This document shows positions 12,601 through 27,560 of a stretch of DNA of 64,000 nt, in pieces. The position numbers and the translations under genes are program-made. Origin of the DNA: Octopus vulgaris (lineage: Eukaryota); NCBI GenBank assembly GCA_951406725.2, contig OX597814.1, positions 13,082,001-13,146,000 on the forward strand. The letters run 5' to 3'. Numbering within the stretch: position 1 is the first letter of the stretch; each line of letters starts with the position of its first letter. The notes beneath the pieces were generated by a model. That model was given only the letters and a program-made list of their open reading frames with translations, did no database searches and was not told where the DNA came from.

Positions 12601-14202
12601 AAGTAATTACATATTATATTGGTTATGTTTATATTAATATTTATATAACTAAAGTGTTGATCGACTCTTTTCTCACTACCTAATAAACGATCCTTAAATA
12701 ATCTACATACACTTACATGAATCACCATCATTCAAATCGTTCGAAGTAGCAACTATATTACTCACAAATCATGCTACCTTACTTTAGAAAATGATACATT
12801 GGACAATATTTTTGAATATATACAGAAATAAGACAATAGGTATGTGTGCGGTGTATGGGGGATGCTTGTGTGTGTGTGGTGTATAGGGGGATGCGAGTGT
12901 GTGTGCGTGCATGTGTCTGTGAATATATATATATTATGTGTGTGTGTGTGTGTGTGTGTGTGACAAAATCTAACAGAAAAGGATCCGGGAGAGACTACTT
13001 TCTATGATTATATGCCAAGAAGTCCGTCATTGTGTATGTTTTGCATTTATACAAACGGGAAGCAGATTTCTATGCATACTTTTCTTTCTTAAATATTATC
13101 TAGTTGTATTTATAGAGTTGCATGATAGGGAAAATAATGAAGTATTTCAAAATCTGCCACTGTAAATAATTATCTATTTTATTTTAAACTAAACATGAAG
13201 GATGTCGAAATAAAAATACATGTCTCTAGATTTTTCTGAACTAATTTGATCTTGTTCTGATAAAACATATGTTGCACAGCCTATAGAGATTTTTAGTCGT
13301 GTTATTCAGGCGTTTGAGGCTTCCTTGTATTTTATGCTTATAGACATGAAAAAATACACAATGGGTTGCAATTTACCAGGAAATACTATTATGATGCCGT
13401 GTTTGATGAAAAAAAACAACTAAATATATTGATCTAAATGTTTTCGTCACTTCCTTTTCAACACAACACGTTTGTATATGCACTAGTGTCAATCTATGAA
13501 TATTTTCATTCACTCACAATTCAGGTGTCAGATTTTATTCTAAGCAGCGTATCAACATGAACGGTGATTTCTCTGTGTTACGATCTATTTCTACAATAAA
13601 CTGTATATTTTGCAAATCATTTCTAACGTCATTTAAGGGTCACCCACATGTGAAAAGTGATTTGATATATATTATGAAAGCTTGCAAGATGTTAGCGCAT
13701 ATTAGTACTTTCAATAAGTTTCCTAGACGTGTTGATATGCATGCTTCGACATGTGGATATATAACACATTTGGGTCGGTGTGGAGGGAGCAATTTATGCT
13801 ATGCGTATAGAAAAATATATGTAGGAGTGTATGTACGGGAGTGTGTGCACACATATATAACCGGCAGCTTCTCACTAATCAAGTTCCCGCTTGTCAAAAT
13901 ACTACTTTTCACCTAACTATCACTATTAACTTAGTATTTCTTTCAATCTATGACAGATTCTAGAGTTGAGTTCCTCTGTTCTTCTTGACATCCAGACCAA
14001 AGGTTTCTCTCCTCTTTGTCTTCATTTTACAAGAGAAATAAACAAATTATATTAGTTTTTTGTAAAGATATGTACACATATACATACACACACATACACA
14101 CACATATATGTATATATATATACATACATACATACATACATACATACATAATCATACAAACATACATACATATATATATATATAAATACATAATACAAGC
14201 AT

Positions 14203-14247
<45 letters not shown>

Positions 14248-14357
14248 ATATATTTATACATACACATACATACAAACATATCTGTATCAATCAATATATC
14301 TATCTATCAGCCTAGGTATATATGCATGCATGCATGTATGTATGTAATGTATGTAAG

Positions 14358-14414
<57 letters not shown>

Positions 14415-14752
14415 GCGTGTGTGTGTGCATATGTCATATATATATTTTCACACACATACATGCAAATATATATATATATATATATACATATTAGATAACG
14501 TATTGGTATGGTATTCACCTCGAAGTTTACCGCTAAAGCACGTGCACTTTTACAATAAGATGAAATAACAGTTCAGTAACGCACCTACTGGAACTAGCAT
14601 ACAAACACATCAAATTACCGAAAGGAGATGTAAACTACAAAAAAAAAACAAACATCATATATGGACACATTATGATAGTGGCAATAATTGTGCTATAGCT
14701 AACACTGTAACATCATCAGAACATAAAGTCAGAACTGTCATATATACAAAAA

Positions 14753-14985
14753 AGGCGGCGAGCTGGCAGAAACGTTAGCACGCCGGGCGAAATGCGTAGC
14801 CGTATTTCGTCTGCCGTAACGTCCTGAGTTCAAATTCCGCCGAGGTCTACTTTGCCTTTCATCCTTTCAGTGGTCGATTAAATAAGTACCAGTTACCCAC
14901 TGGGGTCGATGTAATCGACTTAATCCGTTTGTCTGTCCTTGCTTGTCCCCTCCGTTTTTAGCCCCTTGTGAGTAGTAAAGAAATA
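14753..14985 (+). mobile_element. tRNA-derived SINE, family A
   Basis: A-box-like AGCTGGCAGAAACGTTAG, B-box GAGTTCAAATTCC, central GCCTTTCATCCTTTC..GGTCGATTAAATAAGTACCAG. Four copies occur in the window. Confidence 0.9.
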
Positions 14986-15054
14986 ATATATACAAAAAAA
15001 TATAATAGGTGCTCATGCAGATTCTAGACGCTCATTGATGAACCTGTGTATGAG

Positions 15055-15370
15055 TACAGATCTGGTATATAAATATAACATACACACAAGGGGAAGACCG
15101 TATGTTTACACTGGAGCAATAACTGATTCATTCAAGAACCGTTATGGCAACCATGACGCCAGTTTCAAAACAATCTTCAAGAGACATTCATCGTCATTGG
15201 CTGATATTGTGTGGCGGCCTAAGAAAGGTAAAATTAAGTATAGAATAATTTGGTGCATAATAGGAACACAAAGCCATACGATATAATTTCCATGAGATGT
15301 CGACTCTGCTCCGAGGCATTCCTGTCTTTCGCACAATGCAGTGTGATTGAATTTGAGTAAACGTTAACCT
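15055..15370 (+). mobile_element. Penelope-like GIY-YIG endonuclease fragment
   Basis: DLVYKY..YVYTGAITDSFKNRYGNHDASF..SSSLADIVW..I.WCII, followed by RCRLC. This is the typical PLE endonuclease pattern. Confidence 0.8.
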
Positions 15371-15399
15371 ATTTAATAGTCATTATTAAATTATTACGC

Positions 15400-15648
15400 C
15401 AGGAGGCTCCGGCAGGGGCTGGTGGCGAACCCTGCTGTACTCTTTCACCATAAATTTCTCTCACGCTTTCTTCCTATTTTTGTTGTACCTTGTCACACTC
15501 TGTGTCACGCTGAATCTCTCAGAGAACTACGTTAAGGGTACACGTGTCTTTGGAGTGCTCAGCCACTTGCACGTTAATTTCACGAGCAGGTTGTTCCGTG
15601 GATCGAATCTACTGGAACCCTCGTCGTCGTAACCGACCGAGTCCCAAG
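15400..15648 (+). mobile_element. GC-richer SINE/LINE 3'-tail-like repeat fragment
   Basis: Abrupt GC-rich block ending TCGTCGTAACCGACCGAGTCCCA, lying between two PLE fragments. Confidence 0.45.
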
Positions 15649-15659
15649 ATGGAGTTTAA

Positions 15660-16120
15660 ATAAACATCTTATGGGGCTAGTTTCTAGAGAAGCAAATTGT
15701 AGTATTGATATAGCAGATAGGAGTATCACTACTAAATCCTTAAATAAGCTTGTAACTCCTATTCCCAGGAATCATGTCCTTTAATATATAAGTGCGAAGA
15801 TAGTACAATATATTATACGGGACTGGAAAATTCATATAGGGAGTACTATTGATTTTAAAAATAGATATATGGGTCACAAGAATTCATATATTAACCCAAA
15901 TATAAACACCTCTATGACCATGCATTAACCATCTCAGAGACTAACATTGAGAATAATTTAAGGTGGTCGATAGTTACTGAATCAACACGATACAAAATCT
16001 TGTAGGATTTGCCTAAAGGAATTGAGTAGCATAATATATACTTTTAATAGAAATAAAAACATATAATTAAATAAAATTACAGATGTCTTAGTATGTTGTA
16101 AGCTTAAATATTTAGCAATT
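15660..16120 (+). mobile_element. Second decayed PLE GIY-YIG fragment
   Basis: IHIGSTIDFKNRYMGHKNSY (~15830-15890). Confidence 0.65.
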
Positions 16121-16489
16121 CATTCAACTTTATAATTAATAGTTTTTAAATATGACCTGGATTAGATCCTATGAATACTTATATACAAATCTTTTATCTT
16201 AAATTACAGCTCTCTTTTGTGTAGTATGGTTTAAAATATATATCAATACACAATGAATATTCCAATAGGCTATTATTTACACGATTTGTTAAAGGCTCAC
16301 ACGTCAACCCTCTTAATTTCTTATTTAATTGTTGTATAGAAATGATTATACGCTTATACTTTGCTCTGTCCTGGGGGTTTTTGAGATATTTTTGTTGTAT
16401 TTAATAAAATGAGGGTTGTTAAAGTTTTTTGTTAAATATATTGTTCATTGCATTGTTGGAACTCTGTTGATTTATTGCTGGTTTGACGC

Positions 16490-16880
16490 ATTATTTATCT
16501 CACTGCTTCTTTACGTGATGGCTCTTGAGCCGTTACTGCGGAAGTTGGGTGGCATTCCGAGAGAACCAGGCAGTGGAGAGTCGGTTTAAGCTTATGCAAA
16601 TGACATCACCGTCATGATCAAAATGGAGAAACTCCAGAGAGTAAGAGAGGCCATTGGGGTTTACGAGAAGGTGACAGGAGCAAAGAGTAGTCGGAAAAAA
16701 TCAGTCGGCTTGCAACTCGGTACATGGAGGGGTAAGTAGATGCCTTCAGAGGTTGTACGGAGGTCTCTGTTAAGTTGCTAGGGTTCTGGTTTGGTCCGGA
16801 CCTCCGGGTAGAGAAGAACTGGGCTGAGGTTTCGTGCAGGGTGGGCCACATAGCCAGGACCTGAAAGGGAGGGCGGAGGT
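16490..16880 (+). mobile_element. L1/Tx1-like reverse transcriptase fragment
   Basis: YVMALEPLLRKL, AYANDITV (YADD remnant), EKVTGAK, KKSVGLQLGTWRGK, VKLLGFWFGPDLRVEKNW. Confidence 0.8.
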
Positions 16881-17097
16881 AGCTGCTCTTGATTTCGTCC
16901 TATATTTATGGACTGCCATATTAGCTTGGCGATAAATATTATTATCCAGTACCGCTGCCTAGTCTCCTTTAGAGAGACTTAGAAATAACAATTTTATATA
17001 TATATATATATCTGTTCACAAAAGGCTTTCACACAGTTTTTAACTACATATTCAGTTTGATCTCCGGTCTAAAGTGCATAGTAGAAGACATTTACCC

Positions 17098-17332
17098 AAG
17101 GCAGCGAGCTGGCAGAAACGTTAGCGCGCTGAGCGAAATACTTAGCGGTATTTCGTCTTCTGTTATGTTCTGAGTTTAAATTCCGCTGAGGTCGACTTTA
17201 CCGTTCATCCTTCCGGGGTCGATAAATTGAGTACCAGTTATGCACTGGGGTCGATGCAAACGACTTAATCCTTTAGTCTGTCCTTGTTTGTCCCCTCTGT
17301 GTTTAGCCCCTTGTGGGCAATAAATTAATAAG
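17098..17332 (+). mobile_element. tRNA-derived SINE, family A, nested in an older family B SINE remnant (~17010-17420, minus strand)
   Basis: Close copy of 14753-14985. AAGACATTTAC occurs just before (17086-17096) and just after it, like a target-site duplication. Confidence 0.85.
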
Positions 17333-17426
17333 ACATTTACACAAATGACCGAAAATGGGACTTAACCCAAAATCTCGAGTTCTCAAATTGAGTTTCTTAA
17401 CAACACAGTGATGCTTGCACCAAGTC

Positions 17427-17495
<69 letters not shown>

Positions 17496-18355
17496 CTGTA
17501 CGTCTATCTACGTATATATGAATACACACACACACACACACACACATATATGTATATATACATACACACATACGCGCACACATATATACATACATACATA
17601 CATACATACATACATACATACATACATACATACATACATACATACATACATACATGTAGTATGCATGTATGTGTGCTTTTGTATAAGTAAGGAAATGTAG
17701 GCCTTTAATTGTTTTATATTATTCTAAGATTTAATATCAATGAAATCATCTTTGATTAACATACGAGAAGTGTACAATATGCATACTTTGAGTATCCGAG
17801 TCATTTTATATTCCTATTAATCATTTACAATTAAGCGGGTTTATAATAATCCCTCATAGATCAGCATTTAGCTACGTGGCACAAACTTATTCCTCCGAAG
17901 TTTCCATTCCTACAATCAATGAAACAAATAAGCAATAAGCAACCACAACTGACTTGGGATTTAATTTTCATATAAACTATACTAGATTATTTTACTGGAA
18001 TAATAGTTTTCAAAAATATGACGCCGTTGTCGTTTTACCCAGATACGAGAAAATTGAAGAGATCTATGAATATATACATTCCAGCTGCTGCATACATATA
18101 TCTTTCATCTTTTATTTGTTTCACTCAATTCCCTGCGGCGATTGTAGGGCACCGCCTTGTAGGATTTTAATCGAACAAATCGACCTCCGGACATATTTTC
18201 CCTAAAGTCTAGTACATATTCTATCGCTTACTTTTGCCCAAATGCTAGTTTACAGAAACGTAAACAGACCATCACCGGTTGTCAAACGGTAGCGAGGGGA
18301 AGAACATAGATTCAATGACATACATACATACATACACACACACTCATATAAATAA

Positions 18356-18409
<54 letters not shown>

Positions 18410-18489
18410 GCAACGAAGACCAGAATATCTCTATTAGACCAAACTTGCCCTTCACGATTCTTGAAAGCCTGTGAATGTTTTTGAAGACG

Positions 18490-18562
<73 letters not shown>

Positions 18563-18619
18563 TAGACTTGGTGCAGGCATCACTGTGTTGTTAAGAAACT
18601 CACTAGCTAAGGAAGTAAC

Positions 18620-19080
18620 ATAATTCAGTACACTTCGAAGATATGTAAATTTTTCTGCAACAATCAGTTCTGTGTTTTGAAGAAAAATCTCCCGTTCATG
18701 ATATGAGTTGAAAGCTGGTTCAAACGTATTGTGAACCTAAAGCTTTAGTAGCAGCATGATACCTGCATACAATGGATGTCTTATTAGGAAGGTAAACGTA
18801 ATTGCATTTATTGACAAACTTACCGGTGTTTCTATAATGGATATATACACATTCTCCCTAATCTTGGAGTGCATTTGTAACCTAAACGTACATAGGGTAT
18901 ATCATCGGTTCAAAAATATCTCCCTACTCTACACCATTTTTTACTTTAAAAGATTCTGAAAGAAAGAAGTCCTCCACCTATAAGATATGTGACCATGTCA
19001 TCAGGAAAATACCTTCTGCTCACGAAATGTATTAATCAGCCAAGCTTAGCAAAACTCCCTATAATGCCTGTCTATTCATT
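18620..19080 (-). mobile_element. Decayed RTE-clade RT fragment
   Basis: Minus strand: FPDDM, GVE*GDIFEP (cf. GVKQGDILAP), VYIHYRNTGKFVN (cf. VYIRYRTDGKLFN), EKFTYLRS. Confidence 0.65.
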
Positions 19081-19451
19081 ATGTTAAAGGTCTATACAAG
19101 TGTACTGTTTCTATATCATCTTCTATATGATATTTCATTATACCATCATATAATAACTTTTTGTTATGCACACAAAAAGATATATTACCGCTGAATGATT
19201 TGTATAATCAGATTGATTTAAACTGACTATAATATCATTACAATTTGTCTGTCATTCATTCTTCATCCAGAATATATCTATTGAATTAATTGTGTAAAAT
19301 AAAGAGACATTCCTTACTGTTCCTTTTTCTGTAAATGTCGAAATTTAAAAAAATAGCAATCAGTTGGTATACATCTTTTTCAATGTCGTATAAAATTGAA
19401 CAATTCAAAGTAATGGAGAGTTATCGGCACAAATGGTATATGTACATATCA

Positions 19452-19672
19452 CTATAAAAGTTCCTGGACTTGTTATGTTTAAGAAAAAAATAACTTATTT
19501 ACCAAAGTTTTAACATGATCTCCTTTGAAATAGACACATTCTGCAGCAATACACCGATTCCAGCATTTCTGCCTGTGTTGGAATCCGGCATGGAAGTGAT
19601 TTTCCGTAAGCGAGTCGAGGACGTTCTGCGATTTGCTCTCAACCTCGACAACAGTGTTAAAACGACGACCAG
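19452..19672 (-). mobile_element. Internally deleted mariner remnant (transposase C-terminus plus TIR-like end)
   Basis: Minus strand encodes CWNRCIAAECVYFKG (cf. RWxKCIxxxGxYFEG). AAAAGTTCCTGGACT is TIR-like. Confidence 0.7.
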
Positions 19673-20439
19673 TGTTTAATAGTTTTTATAGTTTTTACTA
19701 CATAACCAGATTAGATAAATGGATGTAATGAGAGATTTAAAGATATTCATTTAATTTTGACCTTCTTTTACTTGTTTCATAGATTCAAATATTGGCATAC
19801 TGGGACACTACCATCAAGAGTTTAGTCAGGCAAACCCACCACAGTACCTACATTTTTCTAGTCAGGAATTTAATCTTAAATCTAATATTCAGACGCTCTG
19901 CTAAGTTACGAGGATGTACACAAAACGACGTCATTTCCCAAGCTGTGTTTGCGTGGGAAAACCCCCCAAAACGAACACATGCACACATACACACAGCTAC
20001 GCATACATCAACGCAGACTTATGCATACATAGACCTAGGTCAAAGTGATGATATACCTTTGATGAGAACCTAGTAAGATTCGAAAATCGATTAAGTTTGT
20101 TCATTACTTTTTCAGTCTATAGAGAAACAGTTAAATATCTCCTGTTTATATATCTACTGTATAGATTACATATATTCCACGTTGATATTGTGTAGAATAT
20201 GATCCCTGTTGCCATCGTGTTGATATTAAGTACAGTGTTAAACACTGACAGTATGCAAATTAATAGCTCCAGTTTTCCGTAAATTATTCAGTTTATGTAA
20301 ACCAAAAAACAAATAATAATAGTAAAATAAACAGTTGCTGGTTTTTCTGGGTTTGGCTCAAATGATGTAGACAACTCCGTTGAAGACCCAATAAGGTTTG
20401 GAAATCGATTGAAACTATCAATCAATTTTGTCAGTCTAA

Positions 20440-20474
<35 letters not shown>

Positions 20475-22464
20475 CATACATACATATCTACTACATGTCT
20501 ATATATACATGTGTGTTTGTATGTATACAAACACTCCCCCCACACACACACACAGAAATTGCTTTCACAATGTTCCCGTACCAAATCCCGTCACGTGACA
20601 TTGATTAGTACAAGGCTATAGAAAGGATAATTACCCAAGGTGCGGAACACGAAACCACATAGTCACGTAGAGAATTTCTTAACCACACATCCATGAAATA
20701 AAGTAGAGTAGCAAACGACATTAGGCTGGGTCTTGTTTTCCTGAATGCAGCTGTAATTTATTGAGATGTTCCGAACTCCAGATCATCATGACACAAGGTA
20801 TTTATATACGTGAGGACAGGTGGTCAGATTCCAACTCTGTGCTGTGGAGCCGTATACGCGCTATTATGTTTCAAGCTCATTTTGATGATTATCGCAGTCT
20901 TTCCGATTAAGCTGTCTATTAGTTGATCCAGCATATGTCGTTCAGTATGTAACAAGAGTCTCAACACGACGTTTCCGTTTAAACATATCGATATCTCTTA
21001 ATCGGTTTTCAGTCATTTCTCCGTAGAACGATGTTGAATTCACTTCCATTAGTATCATTTTGCTTCTTTCTTTAACCTCTCTTTATTATTCTCTTTTACG
21101 TCTCCTACTTTCTCTGCTATTTCTCCTTCATAACCTCGCTGTGACTAGCACGGTTCGCTCCAGGGTTTGATTTCTGCTTGTTCTTCTTGGTGCGGTTCTG
21201 CTTTTTACATTTGGCGTTATGAGCAGATGTCCTGTGAAATCTATATATTTCTATAGCACTGTATTGTACAGTATATCGTATACTCAATCCAAGAAGCGCT
21301 GTACGTATCCTGCTGAAAAGTATTTTCTTCTCAAAGTTTAACAGTAACGAGTTTGTTAGCATGTACACTTCACATCTGCCTGAGTCACGCGTAAGCTTTT
21401 ACTCTCTTAGCTCACGTACTTTAGCGTTTTCAGTTGCGCAGATTCTGATACAAAAAAATATATCCTTATCCACCTCTTTTTTGAAAAAAAACAGGTTGCA
21501 TCCGCCCACAAGGCGATTGTTACATTGAAATCCAGTGGAATTGGGTTGAGTCCGCTGCCGAGTTCTGAATAAGAAATATGATATTGGCTGTGCGAGTATG
21601 TGTGTGAGCGCGTGTGTGTATGTGTTAATGTTGAAATGGTGTATTTTTGTAAACTTATCTCTGGAAAGAATCAAAATAATATAGTTTAGTCTATGATATC
21701 GTGTGTTGCTGTTATTCTGTACCTATTTGCATAAATGGTTTGTGAGTGGTATGTGATCCCTGGGGCATAATTCGAATATGACGTAGCACTTGTTTTCGTA
21801 GTATGTGTGCGGTAGCTGGATTATAAAGTACGTCTGGTGCAGGCTGTACCGTTATCGACTTTTCGGTATCTTTGCGATCTAAAAATTGTTAATGTGTAAT
21901 GCTTCCTAAAGAGTTCGAAACTGTTTAAGAAATCGCACCTTCAGATAGTGTGGTTACCCACTGAGAAAATATCTCTAGTATAAGAACCACAGTTCAGCAG
22001 AAATATTTTCAGCCGAGTCAAATAATGTGACAGGGATTGACCTCTATGTTTCAAATTAAATGTCCATTTTCAACGACGTTTTACTTTAGAAGCCCTTTTT
22101 TTATTGACAAACCGAGTGAAAGCTTCGTCAATAACGTGTAATATTCTTGCATAGCCTAGTGAAACGTAGATACCAGCAGAAAGTACAAATGCAGTAAATG
22201 TCTGGATAATAAAGGTACACTTTACTAGAAGATACACACCTACAATGAACCGCCGAGGTGATGCCACATAACAACGTATATCTTCTTTCGCAGAACGATG
22301 ATTGAATTGGACCACTCGGCTACAAGAACACAAGCACCTAGTCTGATGCACAACCTTGAAACTGAAAGCGTTCGCTGAACAATGACTGCGCGATCAACAA
22401 TAAGGTTATTTGTTAATCAAATTTTGCATATCTACCTATCTGTCTGTCTACCTGCCTGCCTGCC

Positions 22465-22497
<33 letters not shown>

Positions 22498-22792
22498 GCC
22501 TGTCTGTCTATCTACCTGTCTCTGTCACTTTATTTATCTATCTATCTATCTATCTATTGATATCCTTATACGTCTATACAGCCAATTCGTTTAAGCATTA
22601 AAACCTGTAGCAATAAAACCTCTTAATGTGTGTTTAGTGTAAAATAATTCTGATATATGTTGTCTAAACTCGTTTACTTGCAAAACCACAACATTCACAT
22701 ATCTAGTGTATGTACGCTTAATTAATTTATTTTACTTATTTCCTTTACAGAATACATCCATCCATTCATTCATATATCTATCAATCTGTACG

Positions 22793-22828
<36 letters not shown>

Positions 22829-22916
22829 CATACATATATGTATACATACATGCATACATGCATACATACATACATACATACATACATACATACATACATA
22901 CATACATACATACACA

Positions 22917-22948
<32 letters not shown>

Positions 22949-25798
22949 CATACATGCATACATACATACATACATACATATATACATACATACATACATA
23001 AGGAATACGAAAAGTTGCCAAAGTTACCGAGAATTTCTACATTTCGTTCACTCTCAATTCTACTTCTAGTTCTCTTTATCCTACTCCAACTACTCCCGAT
23101 CCTACTGATAATCATCATCATCAGTAGCGTTATTATCACCAGCATCCTCACCTTTATGCAGACTATCATTTACAAGTGTGACCAACTAATCATTATCATT
23201 CTTATCAATTACGTAATGTGCTTTTCAATGGCGCATTAAAGTGGCTATCTGAGTCAGAAGACTATATCGATTCCAATGAACAGAAGTAAAGTAAGAGGTG
23301 TTTATTGGTAATTATATTGTTTTATAATTTGCACATGTCCAAGCCGGAAGATGCAAACATCTGAAAAACTCTCTACTCTGTAGCAAGCAAATTGTAATCA
23401 TTTTTCTCAAGATAATGCGTTTTGAAACTTGAAGTGCTGTAATATAATTTAGAATTGTAAACACTTGTACTTGTTTATATTTCGGTTAGTATTATTTACA
23501 CCATTACTTGTGAAGTGTATTGTAGCAGTATACTTCAACAAATGTTCTTTGTTTCAATATTGCAAAAAAAAAAAACAAAAAAAAAAAACTATAATATTCT
23601 TATTTAAAACAAAAAAATGGTAGAATAAACGTTTTTTGTGTACCACCTTTATTAAATCTCGGCAGTGCCATATTGCAAAATACATCTCACAAATTCAATT
23701 AATGAAAATATCATGATGAACGAAATGTCAGCTAAGTATATTTCCTTTATCCTCATTCTGAAACATATTTTGAAAGTTTTTTTACATACTGGATATAGAA
23801 GTTTGACATTTAAAATTTCTCTTTTACTACCTCTTTACAATATAACATCCGATTTATATTTGGATTTCCAATACTGATAGTTGCCTTAACAGGAGGAAAT
23901 TTATATTAAATTAAATGGAAAAACCTCAAATTACGACAGTACCTTAACCTTAAATACGTAGAGAGAACTTATGATGTACATTAGAAAGTTGTATATCATG
24001 CGGACATTGATATTTGGTGGTACCGCTTCAAATAATTTGTCTTGAAATACATAAGTATATAAATATGATGAAGAAATAGCGTGCATTTTGTCACAGAAAA
24101 CAAAAGAGAAAGACACTACACAAGGAATTAAAAAACTAAGATAACTCTGATGTTTTGATATCGATCTCATTATGTTTGATTTATGAAAATTCTTTGAGGC
24201 TGCACTTCAAATGATTTCGGGTTATTACTCACCAGAGAGTTGAACCGTTTTCAAACCCAGTAGAGTATCAATCTCAGTATTTTTAGGTGCAATTTCCGAA
24301 AGAATCTACGTCAATCGAAATTATATTTTTGATATAATATGAAATACAAATATTTTCTTTGAGAGAGCACACTCACGTCTAATGTCATCGAAGGTGAGAA
24401 AACAACCATAGAGAAATTGTAATTTCGTTTGATACTGATAGAATAAAAGTATTTCAGAGCAATGTTGACATTGCACACACACACACGTACATACACATAT
24501 ACATACAAACATACTACACACGCAATCATTTATGAATTTAACACCCATCGTAATACTCCATGACGCAATATTTTCTTTGATATATCTTACATTGGATATT
24601 TCTAAGATGTTTTCCACATTTTATGACGGAATATCCTTGATGATAGTCTCCAGTCTCTTAGAAGCGTAGAACGTGTGCTCCCACTGAATTATTGACAAAT
24701 GAATTTCGTGTCTATCAGATATTTTATGTTTCGTATTTAAGAGGCAATGTCTTATGGACCAATTTAATCTAATAATAATGTTGGGATACACACTATGGTA
24801 CACAACATTCACATGTAGAATGGTGATGTTTCTAAATTTACAGTTATACTTGAATAGATGCAAAAATAAAGCTGTTCTTGGTATTGTCATGTAGTTTCTC
24901 AAAATCGCATTCCAGCCTTTCATCTAAAGATATGCTGCTTTCCTACCTCTCTGCTATTTATACCATCCTTGATTTCTGGTTGGACCCGAGTCAACATATA
25001 CCAGAAACCTCCGACTCAATCACGATTTCCAATGGTTTTCGCTATATGTCGTCCATTTCAACCTTCAGTGACCGTTGCTTCTTCTACAACTTTATTCCTT
25101 TGATCTTCTCCCGAGAATGTGCGTCTTGTGTACATCGATCTACAAATTTTCAAGAGTAGTGCTACCTACCTTCCTTTTATTTTTCTCGGAAGGCATGTAC
25201 CTTCCATGGGCACAGCCTATAACTTCAGAGGAAATCATGTTCTACTACAATTTGTAACAAAAGTGTTACGAAACATATATTTTATTTGATTCAAACAATG
25301 CGTGTTATTAGAATTTGCAATCAGTATATTACGTAACTGTATGATGTTTATGGACACACACACGTACATATTTATGTGTGCGCGTGTACATGCGTGGGTG
25401 CGTGTGTACGTGTGTTTTCATATTCCTTTCCCTTTGAGCAACGCTTTTTAGAATCAGGAAAAGGTTTGCTCAGAACTAATCCCACTCTCTGAACTGCAAA
25501 GCATGATACCACCACAAAAAAAAAAAAAATAAGACAAAGCAAATCGACATCATTAGTTGCATTTGCAGTCGCTGGTTTCACATCAGAAAATCTTTCTCTC
25601 GGTCTTTACCTGATCAATGTTAACCACAAGAGAGGAGTGAAGTATTTGAATTCAAGGTTACCTTGACCTCAATAAATTGCCTTCACCAAGGCACCATCTA
25701 CTCCTTATATTTATACAAACACACACATAAAAATGTAAAATCCTTTTAAACATAAATAAAATAAATGTATATAAACAATATCAAAGATATATAAAAAG

Positions 25799-25847
<49 letters not shown>

Positions 25848-26038
25848 TGTGTGTGTGTGTGTGCGCGTAAATATGAATATAAGAATATAAGAGGATTATA
25901 ATAGAATATAAATATATAAAAAGGAATATGAAATGATAAATATGAAATATACAATATACATACACAACACAGAAAATCGTGCGCGCAAACAAACAACACA
26001 CACATACACACACCTAGTAGAACGGCCATTGACTACTC

Positions 26039-26640
26039 ATGAGATTTTCTTTCATATTCATATATTTAGGATGTACTCTAACCACTACTGGTCTTGATAA
26101 CGTAATTTCATATAGAATCAGCAAAACTAGTGATTCATTTGTTAGGCTTTACAAGCGTCTCTGGTCACGCTATAGCATATCTATCCAAGCGAAATTTAAG
26201 GTTTATAACACATATATTCTGCCATCATTGCTCTATAGAACTGGATCATGGGTTATTTATCGTAAAACTTTGATGTATCTTGAACGATTTTATCAACATT
26301 GTCGATCAGTGATGTAGAGGTACTTGAGAGAATTTGTAGTAGGAGTGAAGAATCGATCATTTTGCAAATCATCTGAGTTGGAATGAATGATGGAAGATGT
26401 CTTTAGCAAGTTTTGTATGGTGAGCTGAAAGAATGTTAAAAGCTAGCACACAAACCCAACATAAGATTCAAAGACTACTTTAAAAACCTTTTGACACAAA
26501 CAGGAATTTCAGATATTGATTGGGAGAGAGAAACACAAGACCGAAATAGATGAAGGAAAAGAATGCACAGTAGTTGCTTGAAGTTTGAAAGAGAGAGAAA
26601 ATGAAACACGGGAAGATCAGAAGAATGTATAGAAAAAAAT
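26039..26640 (+). mobile_element. Decayed RTE-clade RT thumb/C-terminal fragment
   Basis: FIYLGCTL..ISYRISK..F.RL.KRLW...ISIQAKFKVYNTYILPSLLY..LERFYQHC, then QVLYGELK. Confidence 0.85.
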
Positions 26641-27179
26641 GAACCAGTAGAAAATGAACGAACATTGATTTTTATGAGTGTGATTTGTATGAAGAAATGC
26701 TAAAGTCACGCAGGCCTGGCCACTTATCAAAGAAGCTATGGGATTCGACCCCTTGTAAATTATGATGCAGCTATTATTGACAACAGCGTATGTGCAACAT
26801 TTGGAAAGGTGTGTTGCTCAGTTGGAAGATAAAACAAACATGTCAAAAGAATTCATGCTACGGCACCGGTTCATTCTGCCAGCCAGCAGAACTATGGTTA
26901 ATGTAATAAAATATGCAAATCTGCGGCGAGGCTCAAGACTCATATAAGAACCTCGCTTTGCATTATCATTGACTCATTTCAATGATTCTTTCTATCAGTG
27001 GCTTTGATCGTATACGAGAAAGTAGCCACTATACATACATACATATATACATACATACATACACAAACACACACACACACACACACACACACGCATATAT
27101 ATATATATATATATGCCTTCTGTGCGAATGGTTTTGTTATACGGTGCCGGGTTTTACAATAATGTAAATCATAATAAAG

Positions 27180-27560
27180 GTATTTATGTAAGTCTAAAGC
27201 TTAAACCGATCACCGTGCAGTGACTAAGAAAAAAATTCTAATAATGGGACATATAAGCCCTTGAGAGAAAAAAAGAGTAGGCTTCCCTATCTGCGTGGGA
27301 CACGAAACCGCATCTCCATTTGAACCGAAAGTACATAGAACGTTTGTTTACAAAAAACAACTACGAACTAATATAGTTTTTAAATTTGACAGAAACAGGT
27401 AGGCTAATTAGCTGGTGCAATGGTAAGACTCTTAGTTACGTTAATAAAATAATGTAGGTTCGTGTCCCACGCGAATAGGAAATCCTGCTCTTATTTATCT
27501 GTCAAGAGATTATGTGCCCCATTCTTAGTCATTGTAAGCTTTAGGTTTATATAAGTACAC
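27180..27560. repeat. Imperfect inverted repeat containing a tRNA-like head
   Basis: 27245-27307 is the reverse complement of 27459-27523. A-box-like TGGTGCAATGGT (27413) and B-box-like GGTTCGTGTCCC (27457). Confidence 0.6.

Noticed and set aside
20700-21800. Possible decayed LINE ORF1/endonuclease on the minus strand (ESDH motif near 20820)
   Set aside because: Too degenerate to support a call by eye.
24600-25260. Coding-like segment, possibly an old retroelement
   Set aside because: No diagnostic motif could be recognised.
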